This document shows positions 12,863 through 23,968 of a DNA stretch of 64,000 bases, in pieces. The position numbers and the translations under genes were made by a program. Location of the stretch: positions 1-64,000 of the forward strand of contig BAAIJX010000071.1 in the NCBI GenBank assembly GCA_054600435.1, read 5' to 3'. Under the pieces are notes generated by a model that saw only the letters and a program-made list of their open reading frames with translations, made no database searches and was not told where the DNA came from. Position 1 is the stretch's first letter. Each line of letters starts with the position of its first letter. Source of the stretch: Neophaeotheca triangularis (taxonomy: Eukaryota).

Positions 12863-13750
12863 TCATTGCTCCTTCACCCAAGCACCATCCATGATGCCAT
12901 GAACGTAAGAGATAACAATGAATGTGTACTTGCTGACTTCGCCAGGCACGCAATGGAGCATGAATTGCCAGCGTAATCCATTAAGCACTGCTGCAATATC
13001 CCCCAGCTCGCTACCCAGCGGTCTCTGTCCCTTAAAACCTGTCTCGAAGACGGAAACGCCCGGACGTTTGCCCGGCGATCTTCTTCAAAAGCTTCTGCTC
13101 GAATTGTACTCTTTACAGTCGTCCTCGGACTCGAAATATTCGAGCCACATCTTCTCCAATGCCTCCCTTGTTTGTGGCTTACCGGAAACCTCACTAATAT
13201 CCACACCTGCCAGCAGCATGACTGCGACGGCGGATCGTAAATTAAAACCGTAGCTACAGTAAGCTGTGACGTGCGGATCAACAAGTATTTTGGCACTTTT
13301 CTTACTTTCCAAAATGCCAGACTGCCGCACTCGTGAGCAAGTGGCTTTCAAGGTGTCTATTCTGTGTCCGTGCGTTGTTAAGACACTGTCGAGAGGGTCG
13401 CCGTAAGCTGGCCGATATTGAATGTTGCCGTGAGTGTTGTAACCTTCACTCCGGATTTGCCCACGTTCCAAGATTTCGAATCGGCGTGCCAGTTAGGGAC
13501 CCACGACGGGAGCTGCGACTGCAGGAAGCTGTCTCTCTCCGCTGTTCCGCTCATTCCATTGTCCACGCTTTCGAGGACGTCGAGGCCTCAGGCTTGCTGT
13601 CTGCTCGATCGCTAGCCGGGTTGCCTCCATATAAACTTCAGCAGTAGAGCAGCGGTGATTGGATTTGATCGGTGAGTCAAAGCCGAGGTCTTGATGGCGG
13701 AAGATGCACAGTAGAGCACAAACGCTATCTAGTTCGCTTCATCTCGTCGC
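12863..13750 (-). pseudogene. Degenerate het-6-like (HET-domain family) gene, C-terminal part only
   Basis: Hand translation over several frames gives DSVCALLCIF..STAEVYMEATRLAIEQTASL / LDVLES..LPSWVPNW / ..ETGFKGQRP..GDIAAVLNG..FML..YTFIVISYVHGIMDG, interrupted by frameshifts and stops. Confidence 0.75.
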
Positions 13751-14095
13751 GGAGTCCACGGACCGGTATTGATCTTTGGTCGTAGACCTGGTCGGTGGAT
13801 CCATCGTGGCCCGATTGGAAAGCGGGATGAGAACGTCGCAGCGTGAAAGAGGTTGCAGTTGGTGTTTTGAGGAGAAGAACGGGGGGATTGAGGACGTAGA
13901 GGTTGCAAATCTAACGCCGCAAGCCTGAGCTTGCTTACAGTGCAGCAGCATATGCAGGCGTCGGAGCTTGGGACACCCATCTCTCACCACCATCTCTCAC
14001 CGGTACAATTCGAGGAGCCGGGCTGACCAGTCAAGCCCAGAGACCTTTTAATCAGCAGATCTTGGGCATGGCGACCCCATGAATGGCACGAGCCC

Positions 14096-14995
14096 TCACG
14101 CTGCGATACGTTCCGCCAAAGAAGCCCAGTCTTCATCGCTCAGCCCCTCATCTTGAAAGACATTCATAGCAACCCCCTGCAAACTCGTCTCTTTCTCTTC
14201 CAAGTCGTCCATAAACTCCACCAAAGTCCTAGCCGTCTCTGATTTCGCGATCCCTACCATGGTCCCCTCATTCGGCATCCAGGCAATCTCACTGGTAGCA
14301 ATCTGCAAGCCATGAGCCTTACTCACAGCATCCCCCAGAGCCTTGGTATACTCTGGCTGCGTAGTGATAATTACAGCCCCGTCCTCATCTTCCTCCAAAT
14401 CCTCTGCTCCAGCCTCAATAGCAGCTTCCAACACGTGCTCCATTCCTACTCCCTCTTTAGCTTCAAATATCACCCTCCCAACCTTCTGGAACAGATACTG
14501 CGTTGGTGTCGCCACTCCACCAGCCTCCTTGATAGCAAGCTTAATTGCAGACAGACTCCTCAGTCGACTAGTCGTTTCCGCCTCCACGATTACCCCAACA
14601 TTCCCTGGCATGACCGCTTCCACGCTCACGCTCTCTAAGCTTTCACCAGACGAGCTCTTCCCCTGACCTCTAGCTATCGCAGCTTCAATACTTTGTTTCG
14701 CGAACCCCTCGCGCTTCGCTTTCGTTATTAGATCGGTGAGACGAGGATTTGAGGTCGGCTCGGGACCGAAGAGGCGGGAAGCTGTGGCGATTTCTGAGGC
14801 GAAGATGGAGCGCTGCCGGTTTTTGGCTGCGTCGGCTTTGCCTTTGTCGTGTTTTATCTTGGACCAGCGGTTGTGGCCTGAGAGGAGGGGGATGGTAGAT
14901 GAGAGGAAGCGGCACTGGGGGCATATGTAGGAGGTAGGCTGTGTGATTTTGGCTCTCTTGGTGGCAGCTAGCAATTTACTTCTTAAAGCAGACAT
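14096..14995 (-). CDS. TACO1/YebC-family mitochondrial translational activator (Dpc29-like)
   Basis: SGHNRWSKIKHDK signature after a basic, targeting-peptide-like N-terminus; SNPRL, IEAAIARG, AIEAGAEDL; preferred start MSALRSK at 14995. Confidence 0.9.
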   Translation of the reverse strand: MSALRSKLLAATKRAKITQPTSYICPQCRFLSSTIPLLSGHNRWSKIKHDKGKADAAKNRQRSIFASEIATASRLFGPEPTSNPRLTDLITKAKREGFAKQSIEAAIARGQGKSSSGESLESVSVEAVMPGNVGVIVEAETTSRLRSLSAIKLAIKEAGGVATPTQYLFQKVGRVIFEAKEGVGMEHVLEAAIEAGAEDLEEDEDGAVIITTQPEYTKALGDAVSKAHGLQIATSEIAWMPNEGTMVGIAKSETARTLVEFMDDLEEKETSLQGVAMNVFQDEGLSDEDWASLAERIAA

Positions 14996-15264
14996 TATGG
15001 CTATGTGAACGAGTGACAAACTCGAAATTATTGAACAATGCACAGTAGCAGGTGGCAGTGAATGTAGGTAGGTAGCATGTAGTTGAACTAGGGGGTACCC
15101 CAGTGCGGAGATCGGGGGTGAGCTTCAGGGATCCCGACCTCCCTTCAATGATGTACCACGTGTAGCATTCAGCTAATACATTTTTGCGCACGTTACGGTC
15201 TCACGAGGGACGATTCAGGACCATATTGGGCATACCATGATATCTACAATTGTTGGCGCCCACC

Positions 15265-18200
15265 ATGTCAGACTCTAGAACGAACACGAGACCCTCCACG
15301 CCGGCAGCCGCGCCGACACCCCCTCCGCAGACATCTCCCCCGAAACCTACCCAAACTAATGGAGAATACTCGGCGCATCAACTAGACGTGCCAAAACTCC
15401 ATTCCTTGCCTTCGGAGCAGCAAGATTTGTATTTGCTCACGTTCACCACGGATCTTGCGCGTCATGTCGAACAGCTGGACTCGGACGGGGCCTCGGCGGA
15501 ACAGGTGTACCTTAAGAAGGAGTTCTTCCAGATCATTACCCTGAATATCCCGGCGCCGACGCGATTGATACGGGAGAATATTGGACGCTGCTTCGCCGGG
15601 ATCTTTAGCAAGGGGAACAGGAAGCTGCTATACGAGAGCATCAACGAGCTGGTTGCGATTGTCAATGCCGGTAGCAAGGAGAGAGACTTGCGGGCTAAGC
15701 ATGCTGCTACACATTGTCTGGGGACCGTATTTGAGGCCGCCGGGGATAGCGCGGTCAGCTTGTCTCCGCTCGCATGCGGCTCTCTGCTGAAGCTCGTCAA
15801 GCCTGCCTCGAACGATACTGGGTTGAGAAGTGCCATCTTTCGTGCTCTGGGACGGATAATGAAGGGCATCGTAGCGCCAATCGATGAGGACGTCGGACGT
15901 AGCATTTGGAAAGCCGCGCGCAACGCTGCCGGCAGTGACAAGAGCTTGCTCGTGCAGGCGCGGGCATGCGGATGTCTGGAAACACTTATGAGAACGACTG
16001 GCAATTTTGACAACAGCAATGATTTTGAGAAATTGCAAACTGTTCTCTGGCGGGCTATAGAGTCTACCTCGAGCACCGTGAGGCATGCTGCCAGCTCATG
16101 CCTTGCTGCAGTCTTGGTGAAGAGCTACTCGGCATCACCAAACCAGGGTGCCGGCCCGAAGACTAAGAAGCCCAAAAAGTCCAAGAAGGTTCGTCCCGGT
16201 GATGGCGATGAAGAGGTGGAAGAGCGTGCGTCGTCGCCTGCACCCGACAGACCAGTCACAGCGCTCTCTTTTACCCTGATAGAGACTCTGAAGCTGCTGT
16301 CTGTCAACTACAACAGGCCTACGACTTCGCACAGAGGTCGGGCCGGCATTGCAAACACATATGTCATTCTTCTCAGAACATTTGGCGAAGGAATCGTTGA
16401 GCAAAACTACGATGCCATTGCTCGCCACTTCATGGACGACATGTTGTCACACCCGAGCCAGCAGTTCAGCAAGTACCGACAGTTGATTACACGCAAGTTC
16501 TGTCGAATCATACTCGAAAAGGTAGTAGGTGGCCTTCTCCACGAAACGGCAAAGCTGAGCGCTGCTCGCTTCTTGCTTAACGACATCATCAAAGATTATC
16601 CGCAAGCCGTCAAAGAGCGACCTGAGCCCTCGAAGGAAGCATTGGTGGGTTCGATCAGTGCGCTCACGTCCTTGATGCGCAGTCTCGGCGCAGCTGTTGG
16701 CACCATAGCAGAGTCATGCAGGGAAGGATTGCTCCAGGTACTGCAGCACCCTTCCTTCACAGTGCAGATTCACGCTGCTACTGCGCTGCGAGCGTTGGCA
16801 TTAGCGTGTCCACAGCAGCTCTTGCCAACGGTGACAATCTGCATGAACTCAGTCTCAAGAGAAGTTGGCTTATTAGCTAGCGGGAGACAATCGCCTCGGA
16901 AATGCATTGGATACGCCTATGGAATGGCGGCGATCCTGAGCGCTTCCTCGCAACATCCTCTTTACGGCAGTGTCGACGTCTATGCCCGGATCTTGTCGCA
17001 AGCCACAGCTCTTCTCAAGAGTGCCGGGTCATCGGACCTGAGAATCAGCGCATGTCAGTTACATGTAGCCTGGACTATGATAGGCGGGCTCATGTCGCTC
17101 GGGCCCAACTTTGTCAAGATCCACCTTTCACAGTTGATGCTGCTCTGGAAAAACGCTCTGCCAAGACCTGTCAGCAGCCAGAACATTTCGCAACGAACGT
17201 TGCTCGAGTTGAGCTACCTAAGCCATGTCAGAGAGTGTGCATTGGGCTCCATCAAGGCATTTCTGACATTCAATCAACGACTACTAACGAGCGATGTGAG
17301 CAGAAGGCTTTCGGGCATGCTGGAAAACAGCGTTGCTTTTCTCTCCAGTCTTCCTAACAAGAAGACAAGCGAGGAACCGGGGAGTCGTTTGACTTCTGCA
17401 TTACAGCTGCAAGATTTCGAAGTCATGGTTCGAAGGCGAGTCTTCGAGTGCTTCTCTCAGCTTCTCATCCTAGGACCACAGGGCAGCGTCGAACCGACAG
17501 CGCAATCGAGCATACTGCCGCTAGCTGTGGCGTCCTTCTCCGAGGCTGAAGGATACTCTGGTCCTTCCTCGCTCAGCACTGCCATAGCAAGCTCGGCAGG
17601 CGCTTTTGACAGTATCTGGGACGTGGCAGACAATTATGGCTACGGCGTCACTGGATCTGTGAATTCACACGAGATACGAGGTACCGTGACAGGCAAAACG
17701 CATCGACATTGGAGCAGCCGGAAGGATGAATCGGCCGCGATTGACGAGACGCTGCTTTCACCAATCTGCGGTGCGCTAGAAAATGACCCAACGGCGTGCT
17801 ACGTCGACGTAGACGTCGACTCAGACAGTATGCCTGACCCTGCAGCAACTGATTCGGTCAATACTGCCATATCATCCTTCGCCCTGTCGCTTCCCTTGCA
17901 ACCTCCGAAGATCCAAGAAAGTACCCTTGAACAAATGACCAGCGCACTGTCCGCATCAGCCCTGCATAAGGACCCAGCCCGCAAAGCTGCAATCACGGTC
18001 AACATCTCCACCGCCCTCCTCTCAACACTGGCAGTAGCCACAGGTGATGCCGGTAACGCCAAAGGCGACCTCCGCAGCATGTCCGCCGAAAAAGGTATAC
18101 AATCGCTTCTCCACCAAACCCTGCGCGACTCGGACCCAACAGTCCGCCGCATGACTGCTACAGCACTAGGTCGCCTCTGTAGCAGCTCAGGCACTACAAG

Positions 18201-21200
18201 TTTCACCAACGACGAGGTCAAGCACCTTACCACCACCATCGTCGAAAACCGCGAACCGCACGTGCGAGCTGGGTGTGCGTTGGCCCTGGCAGCTATCCAC
18301 TCCCAACTCGGTGGCATGGCTGCGGGGTATCATATGAAATCCATTGTCGGCATTCTCATGTCGTTGGCAGCAGACACGCATCCGATGGTGCACTTTTGGG
18401 CGCTGGAGAGTCTGGCTTCTGTCGCCGAAAGCGCAGGCCTGAATTTCAGTGGCTACGTTACAGGAGCTGTTGGTCTGCTCTCGCAGCTGTACGTGAGCGA
18501 TAGTCATCACCCTGAGACGACGAGTCTTGCTAGCAGTAACATGGCAGTGGAGCTTGATGTTCGTGCTGCGATTGCAAGAGGTGTGGATGCTGTTATCAAT
18601 GTTCTAGGACCGGACTTGCAGGATATGGCCAAGCCCAGAGACATGATCATCACGCTTGTGCGACTGTTTTTTGCAGAAGGGAAGCAGAAAGACGGAGCCG
18701 TTGGTGTGGTATTGGCGGCCTTGAGGTGTATGGAGCACTTGAGTTTGTATGCGCCCGGGCATCTGGAGTTCGAGCGGTATGTCAAGACTTTGCAAGGGAG
18801 CCTCGAGTCCCAGCATGGAGAAGTGAAAGAGGCGGCGGTCAGGGGGTTGAGAGGGCTGATGAGGAAGGATGCTGAGGAGATTATTCGCACTGCTGAGCCT
18901 GGGCTTGAATCGAGATTGTGGGAATGCTTGGACGACGACCCTGGGCTAGACGACGTTAAGAGTATCTTCAGCAGCTGGTTGACTCAGACTGGTCTTCAGC
19001 AGGCCGAGGAATGGATTGGGCGCTGTAATGCCGTGCTCAGCAAGACTCGAGCACGGACTGACAAGGAAGGCCCAAAGACTCCTGCAGCCAACGCAGCTGG
19101 ACCTGATATCCAAGACGAGGAAGTCGCGGGTTTTGCGGCATCTTCAGGGGAGCACAAAGACGACGAAGCTGCAGCCGGCGGGCCCGCAACCAGCACGCAA
19201 GAGCTAATGAGCTGGCAAGTCCGGCTTTTCGCCATGGAACTGCTGCACTCCCTCGTGGAAATGATTACCAAACAATCCCTCGCCTCCACAGGCTCGGACG
19301 GCACCACGCCCGCCACCATCGCCCTCCAGCCCCGCCTCGCAGACATGATCCGCATCGCCTTCTCCGCCTCGACAGCATCCGTCCCCTCCCTCCGCGTCCT
19401 TGGCCTCCGCATAATCGACCAAATCCTCCACCTCTTCGGCAGGACAGCCGATCCTGACTTTCCCGAAGCCATGCTCCTCGAACAATACCAAGCGCAAATC
19501 TCTTCCGCGCTTACTCCAGCTTTCGCGGCAGACTCGTCACCTGAGCTTGCAGCTGAGGCCGTCAATGTCTGCGGCTCCTTCATCGCCACAGGCATAGTGC
19601 GCGATATCGAACGCATGGGCCGGATTCTCAAACTCCTCGTCACGGCTTTGGAAGGGTTCGAGCGGGAAGAGGGAAATGCCGCTATAGGCGAGATGCGCGC
19701 CCTCGGTTCGAATGCGGCGGTCATGGTGCGCATGGCTGTTCTAACTGCTTGGGCGCGGTTGCAGATCTCCAGCTCAGAATCTGGCATGGCTTTCCTCGCG
19801 GACGTTGTGAGACCGCACATAGCACAGCTGACGCCTTTATGGCTGGCAAGTTTGCGGGAGTATGCGCGGTTGAGGTTTGAGCCTGACATCTCCTCTGCGA
19901 CTATGGGCGCTGCGGGCGATGATTTTGACACCGTCTACGCCGCGCTCAACCGGCAGACGCTTTTGAAGTTTTACCAGGATAGCTGGCTGAGTCTTGTGGA
20001 CGCTATTGCGAGTTTGATCGATGAAGACAGTGAGATTGTCTTCGAAGCTATGGATGGGAAAGAGCAGGGTGGTAACGACGAGGAAGATGCTGGCAAGGAT
20101 GGCAAGGTTGAAGGGGCGAATGGCTCTTCTGTCAAGCCACGCCATGCGCAAGGCGGCATCAATTACCGCGCGGAGCCTGTCGCTTTCTTTTTCGTCCTTT
20201 TTGGCCTGGCCTTTGAAGCTCTGGCTCAGCGGCCTGCTAACGACGATGAAGCATTCAACAGTCAAAGGAAGCTAGAGATCCTGCTAGCCTTGCGGAAGAT
20301 TCTACGGCCTTCTGTTTCTGGTAATGCCATCTATCAGGAGGTCGTCTTCTCAGAAACCATGGACTTGCTGGACCGGCTAGTGCTAACCGAACGGCTTGGG
20401 GTACAAAGCGTGATTGTTGAGATTGCACGGAATCTTTGCCTCGGACATCCTTCCGCACGCCGTGAAGATGGACAGACAGCCGACACCTTGTCGGAGGATA
20501 TCGAGCAGTTATTTGAGCTCATACGCATCATCGTTCTCGTTCTAGCAGGCCTGGTACCAGGCCTCTCCGAAGGTCCAGTGTCGTCACCCCAACGACTCGA
20601 GGATGACGAAGCTACTGATCTTGTACGGACCTCGTTGCAAGCACTTGTCGATGTCTCGGAAGTTTTCCCTGCCATCATCAAGACTGATCTGCACTCCTGT
20701 GTGCTGCATATTTTCGTCACCATCTTCGGCACGGCTTCCTGCCAGGCTACAGTCGTACCGCAAGCCTTGCCAATCTTCAGACAGTTCGTCAGCGACATTG
20801 CAAAATCCCCCGAAGCTTCCACAGCCGCCGGAGTAGAAGACACAACACCACAGCAACTCCGCTCCGCGCTCGGACGCATGCTAATCGTGATCAAAAACGC
20901 GCAAAAGCGAGAATCCGACGCCAGCCTCCCGTGCGAGAAGAACGCCCTTTTGGCATCCACAATCCTGCTCTCCTCCGCCCCCGGAGTCTTCGGCGCCGTC
21001 TCAGACCCCGAATCCATCAACCTCACAACCCGCTTCAGCACCGTCCTCTGCGACTGCCTCGACGCACGCATGACCTCCCGCATCGCAGCAGGCTGCTTGC
21101 GAAGCCTCCTGCTAACCCAGCTCGCACCCACCGCCAAACGCCAACTCCTCACCCAGGCCATCGCTTTCGTCTCCCAACCCGGCGAAACCGACCCCGAAGC

Positions 21201-21540
21201 TTTCGCCCAGAGCAAACCCCTCATGGCCCAGACCCTCGTCATGTTCGCTTCCAAGCAACCCGTCGAGAGCCGTGCGCCGACGATCTCGCTCGTCATGGCT
21301 ACGCTGTTGGCTCGTGCTGAGGTGGGGGGTAAGGGCTGTTACGAGGAGGTTGCGGGGAGGTTGTTTGAGCTCGCTGGGCTGGATAGTGCGGTTTTTAGGG
21401 GTGTGGTTGGCGGGATGGAGACGGGGAGGAAGGGACTGTTGGAGAGTGTGCTTAAGGCTAGGGCTGGGGGGCAGCAGGCTAGGCAGGAGGATGGCAGGGA
21501 CGGGGCCGAGCCTAGTATTGCGTTGAAGCTGAATTTTTGA
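15265..21540 (+). CDS. LAA1: Large HEAT-repeat AP-1 accessory protein (Laa1/HEATR5 family)
   Basis: About 2090 aa helical-repeat ORF; LLEQYQAQISSALTPAF, GPNFVKIHLSQLMLLWKN and C-terminal PSIALKLNF are typical of HEATR5/Laa1. Confidence 0.85.
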   Translation: MSDSRTNTRPSTPAAAPTPPPQTSPPKPTQTNGEYSAHQLDVPKLHSLPSEQQDLYLLTFTTDLARHVEQLDSDGASAEQVYLKKEFFQIITLNIPAPTRLIRENIGRCFAGIFSKGNRKLLYESINELVAIVNAGSKERDLRAKHAATHCLGTVFEAAGDSAVSLSPLACGSLLKLVKPASNDTGLRSAIFRALGRIMKGIVAPIDEDVGRSIWKAARNAAGSDKSLLVQARACGCLETLMRTTGNFDNSNDFEKLQTVLWRAIESTSSTVRHAASSCLAAVLVKSYSASPNQGAGPKTKKPKKSKKVRPGDGDEEVEERASSPAPDRPVTALSFTLIETLKLLSVNYNRPTTSHRGRAGIANTYVILLRTFGEGIVEQNYDAIARHFMDDMLSHPSQQFSKYRQLITRKFCRIILEKVVGGLLHETAKLSAARFLLNDIIKDYPQAVKERPEPSKEALVGSISALTSLMRSLGAAVGTIAESCREGLLQVLQHPSFTVQIHAATALRALALACPQQLLPTVTICMNSVSREVGLLASGRQSPRKCIGYAYGMAAILSASSQHPLYGSVDVYARILSQATALLKSAGSSDLRISACQLHVAWTMIGGLMSLGPNFVKIHLSQLMLLWKNALPRPVSSQNISQRTLLELSYLSHVRECALGSIKAFLTFNQRLLTSDVSRRLSGMLENSVAFLSSLPNKKTSEEPGSRLTSALQLQDFEVMVRRRVFECFSQLLILGPQGSVEPTAQSSILPLAVASFSEAEGYSGPSSLSTAIASSAGAFDSIWDVADNYGYGVTGSVNSHEIRGTVTGKTHRHWSSRKDESAAIDETLLSPICGALENDPTACYVDVDVDSDSMPDPAATDSVNTAISSFALSLPLQPPKIQESTLEQMTSALSASALHKDPARKAAITVNISTALLSTLAVATGDAGNAKGDLRSMSAEKGIQSLLHQTLRDSDPTVRRMTATALGRLCSSSGTTSFTNDEVKHLTTTIVENREPHVRAGCALALAAIHSQLGGMAAGYHMKSIVGILMSLAADTHPMVHFWALESLASVAESAGLNFSGYVTGAVGLLSQLYVSDSHHPETTSLASSNMAVELDVRAAIARGVDAVINVLGPDLQDMAKPRDMIITLVRLFFAEGKQKDGAVGVVLAALRCMEHLSLYAPGHLEFERYVKTLQGSLESQHGEVKEAAVRGLRGLMRKDAEEIIRTAEPGLESRLWECLDDDPGLDDVKSIFSSWLTQTGLQQAEEWIGRCNAVLSKTRARTDKEGPKTPAANAAGPDIQDEEVAGFAASSGEHKDDEAAAGGPATSTQELMSWQVRLFAMELLHSLVEMITKQSLASTGSDGTTPATIALQPRLADMIRIAFSASTASVPSLRVLGLRIIDQILHLFGRTADPDFPEAMLLEQYQAQISSALTPAFAADSSPELAAEAVNVCGSFIATGIVRDIERMGRILKLLVTALEGFEREEGNAAIGEMRALGSNAAVMVRMAVLTAWARLQISSSESGMAFLADVVRPHIAQLTPLWLASLREYARLRFEPDISSATMGAAGDDFDTVYAALNRQTLLKFYQDSWLSLVDAIASLIDEDSEIVFEAMDGKEQGGNDEEDAGKDGKVEGANGSSVKPRHAQGGINYRAEPVAFFFVLFGLAFEALAQRPANDDEAFNSQRKLEILLALRKILRPSVSGNAIYQEVVFSETMDLLDRLVLTERLGVQSVIVEIARNLCLGHPSARREDGQTADTLSEDIEQLFELIRIIVLVLAGLVPGLSEGPVSSPQRLEDDEATDLVRTSLQALVDVSEVFPAIIKTDLHSCVLHIFVTIFGTASCQATVVPQALPIFRQFVSDIAKSPEASTAAGVEDTTPQQLRSALGRMLIVIKNAQKRESDASLPCEKNALLASTILLSSAPGVFGAVSDPESINLTTRFSTVLCDCLDARMTSRIAAGCLRSLLLTQLAPTAKRQLLTQAIAFVSQPGETDPEAFAQSKPLMAQTLVMFASKQPVESRAPTISLVMATLLARAEVGGKGCYEEVAGRLFELAGLDSAVFRGVVGGMETGRKGLLESVLKARAGGQQARQEDGRDGAEPSIALKLNF

Positions 21541-23191
21541 GACGGGGCAGAGTGATGGCATGTAGGTTTGCTGTATGAGATACCCGGTCTTCTTATGAGA
21601 TTTAATTGCTGCTGTCGTTCCACGAGCCTCTCGAATGGGCCTTTCTGGCACTCTGATCCTACCGCTGGATCAGATCTGGAGGGCTGCAGGTTCGATCTTG
21701 CTCGTCGTTTCCCCCGGGGATGTCCCAACCGCTACTGCACTATTGAGAAGACTCTGAACTGAATCCCTAACAGTGAAAGCTCCCCTTCTTGGCTCAATTC
21801 TCCAGCCTCTCGAGCCCGTGACTGCACCGTACACAACCCAATACCACGAATCTCTTCCCCACGACCCCCCAGCCCCCGTCGCCCTAACCAACGCCTTTGC
21901 TGCGATTGTCCTGGAGATCAGAGCTCCACAAGACTCTTCCGACGACACTATTGATACAGCGAGCGCCAGATACAGTCCCAGCGCCGAGAAGACAAGGCAG
22001 TGACAACAATCTCAAAAGCCTCACAAGTCTTTACCCACAAGGTCGTAGAACAATTCCAAGCGCTCTCAGCACTGTGCTGGTGCTCTTTCAAAACTCCCGG
22101 CCCGGAATCATCGGTGAAAAGACAAGACACGCTGACATACCTAACGATGAGCAGGCCTAGGTCGAGCTAGAGTAGTATGGGCGTTTCGCTCGTGAATCTT
22201 CGGCTGCGTAGAGAGAATGAGAGAGACTGCCGAGGCTGCGTTCCAGGGCAGCGTCTTCGCTGGACAGAGCTGTCAGATGTTAGGTCCGAGCAGTCTGCTT
22301 CTCGTTCTTGAGCTCCTCGGCGAGTTTCCGCGGGCTGGGGTGCGCCGCTGTACTAGTTGTAGCCCTGAGCCATCGGGCTGTTTGACCTAATAGCGAGCTC
22401 CCGGGTCAGGGTTTCGGAATTGTGGCTGAGGGTTCTGGTGATTCGCACGGAGCGGGTTGGGATGGCAGGATGCTGCATCATGCACGGCTCACGAGTATCC
22501 AAGTGTAGATTTACCGCTTTGCTAGGCGAGCGGCGGCCACTACGAAGCTGTCTTGGCTTGTCGAGTGCTCGCGGCAGTGCGCGAGTGATTTGCCAGTGCG
22601 GCTGCAAGACTTCGGGGCCGGTGACGGAGGCGTTAGTTCTGGGTGCTGGGGAAGTAGTTCCGGCAGAGACGTGGAGCTGGGTAAATGGGAGTGTGAAGAA
22701 GCTCTGCATGGGGATCGCGAGGACAATGGTGGAGCCTTTCTTCCCGGCGGAGTGCATGGCCCCAGTCAGAGAGTGTTTCCCGTCCAGATAGAGCAGCAGA
22801 GCATGGAAGGGTAGACCATCCGGCTGTGGAGGATGAGGTATAAACTCTGGAGACGATGAAGGACTGGATTTTGCTCGTGGTTTGATCGAAGCCCCATTCG
22901 CGACCAAATGGTGAGCCATAACCTGCCTAATCGCTTTCAGGCAGCTGCAGCGGTATTAAGCCTTGAATTCGGCTCAACTAGGAAAAAGGAGGAATAAAGC
23001 CCTTGTACCCCTGACCGGGAGACTTACCAAAGAGGCCTTGGGAGATAGAAAATCACCGACTAGAGGACTCGGAAGCAGTGGATTTGTTGAAAGAAGGTGA
23101 TCCCGGCGGAGTGGCGAGCCGTATTTTGTTTGCATTGCTATCAGCGAGCTGCCGTAGTGCTGGGATCGGGTCCCACCTAAGCTGTAGGAGG

Positions 23192-23259
23192 GAGAGGTTA
23201 CAGATTGTCAAAGCTCTGGCTGAGAGAGAGGTTACAGATTGCCAAAGCTCTGGCTGGAG
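23192..23259. repeat. Tandem duplication, 2 x about 34 bp
   Basis: gagaggttacagattgYcaaagctctggctg repeated at 23192 and 23226. Confidence 0.9.
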
Positions 23260-23968
23260 AGAGTTGACTGGGAAATTTTCGAGGTGTGGAAATTATGGAA
23301 AAGGGCTCGGCGGCGGTAGGTTTGTTAACAATTGGTTTCCCAGCAAGTCACAACGGAGAGGCAGGAATTCCAGGCCCAGGTGGCGGCGTTAAAAGACAGA
23401 GCGGGAGAATCTTCCCGCGTGCTTTTTTGGCTGCGGAAAAGCGAGGAGCTCGATGAGCCGCTGCGGTGTCGAGGTTGGGTGTGAACTTAGGTAGGCCACA
23501 CGGGCGAGGGTTTAAAAGCTGATATGTTGGCCGGGGCTTGAATTTACCTTGGAATTTTGAAGGGGCGCGTTGCTGTGTCAAGGCGATGGGGTTGCAGCGG
23601 AGGTGTTGAATAAGTCGTGTAGGATCTGGAGCGTCAAGAGGGTAGCAAGGCAGTCAAGCATAATAAATATGTGTAATAATACGAGTCACTTGAGATGAAA
23701 TGGTGGTAAGCAATTTGAGCTTTGGAAACATGTTCATTGCAGTCTCCTAATGAGACATCCACATTACATGATGCTTTTTGTTGGTTATCATCATCATGAG
23801 CAGCATCATGGTGTGATAGTGTACCACACCCAAAGGGGAAGAAAAAAAGAAACAAAGCAGCCACGCTAGCCCCGATCTAGCCCAAACGCCTTGCAAGTAT
23901 GCATAGCATAGGAAAAGAATCGCTTCAGAGTCGGCAACATAGCACTACACCCGTTTGAGGTGATGCGC

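Noticed and set aside
18996..21296. 311- and 320-aa antisense ORFs within LAA1
   Set aside because: Shadow ORFs of a GC-rich CDS with S/A/R-rich unstructured translations
21770..22919. Short ORFs between LAA1 and HSP70, including 188 aa on the minus strand
   Set aside because: No motif or clear codon bias; left uncalled
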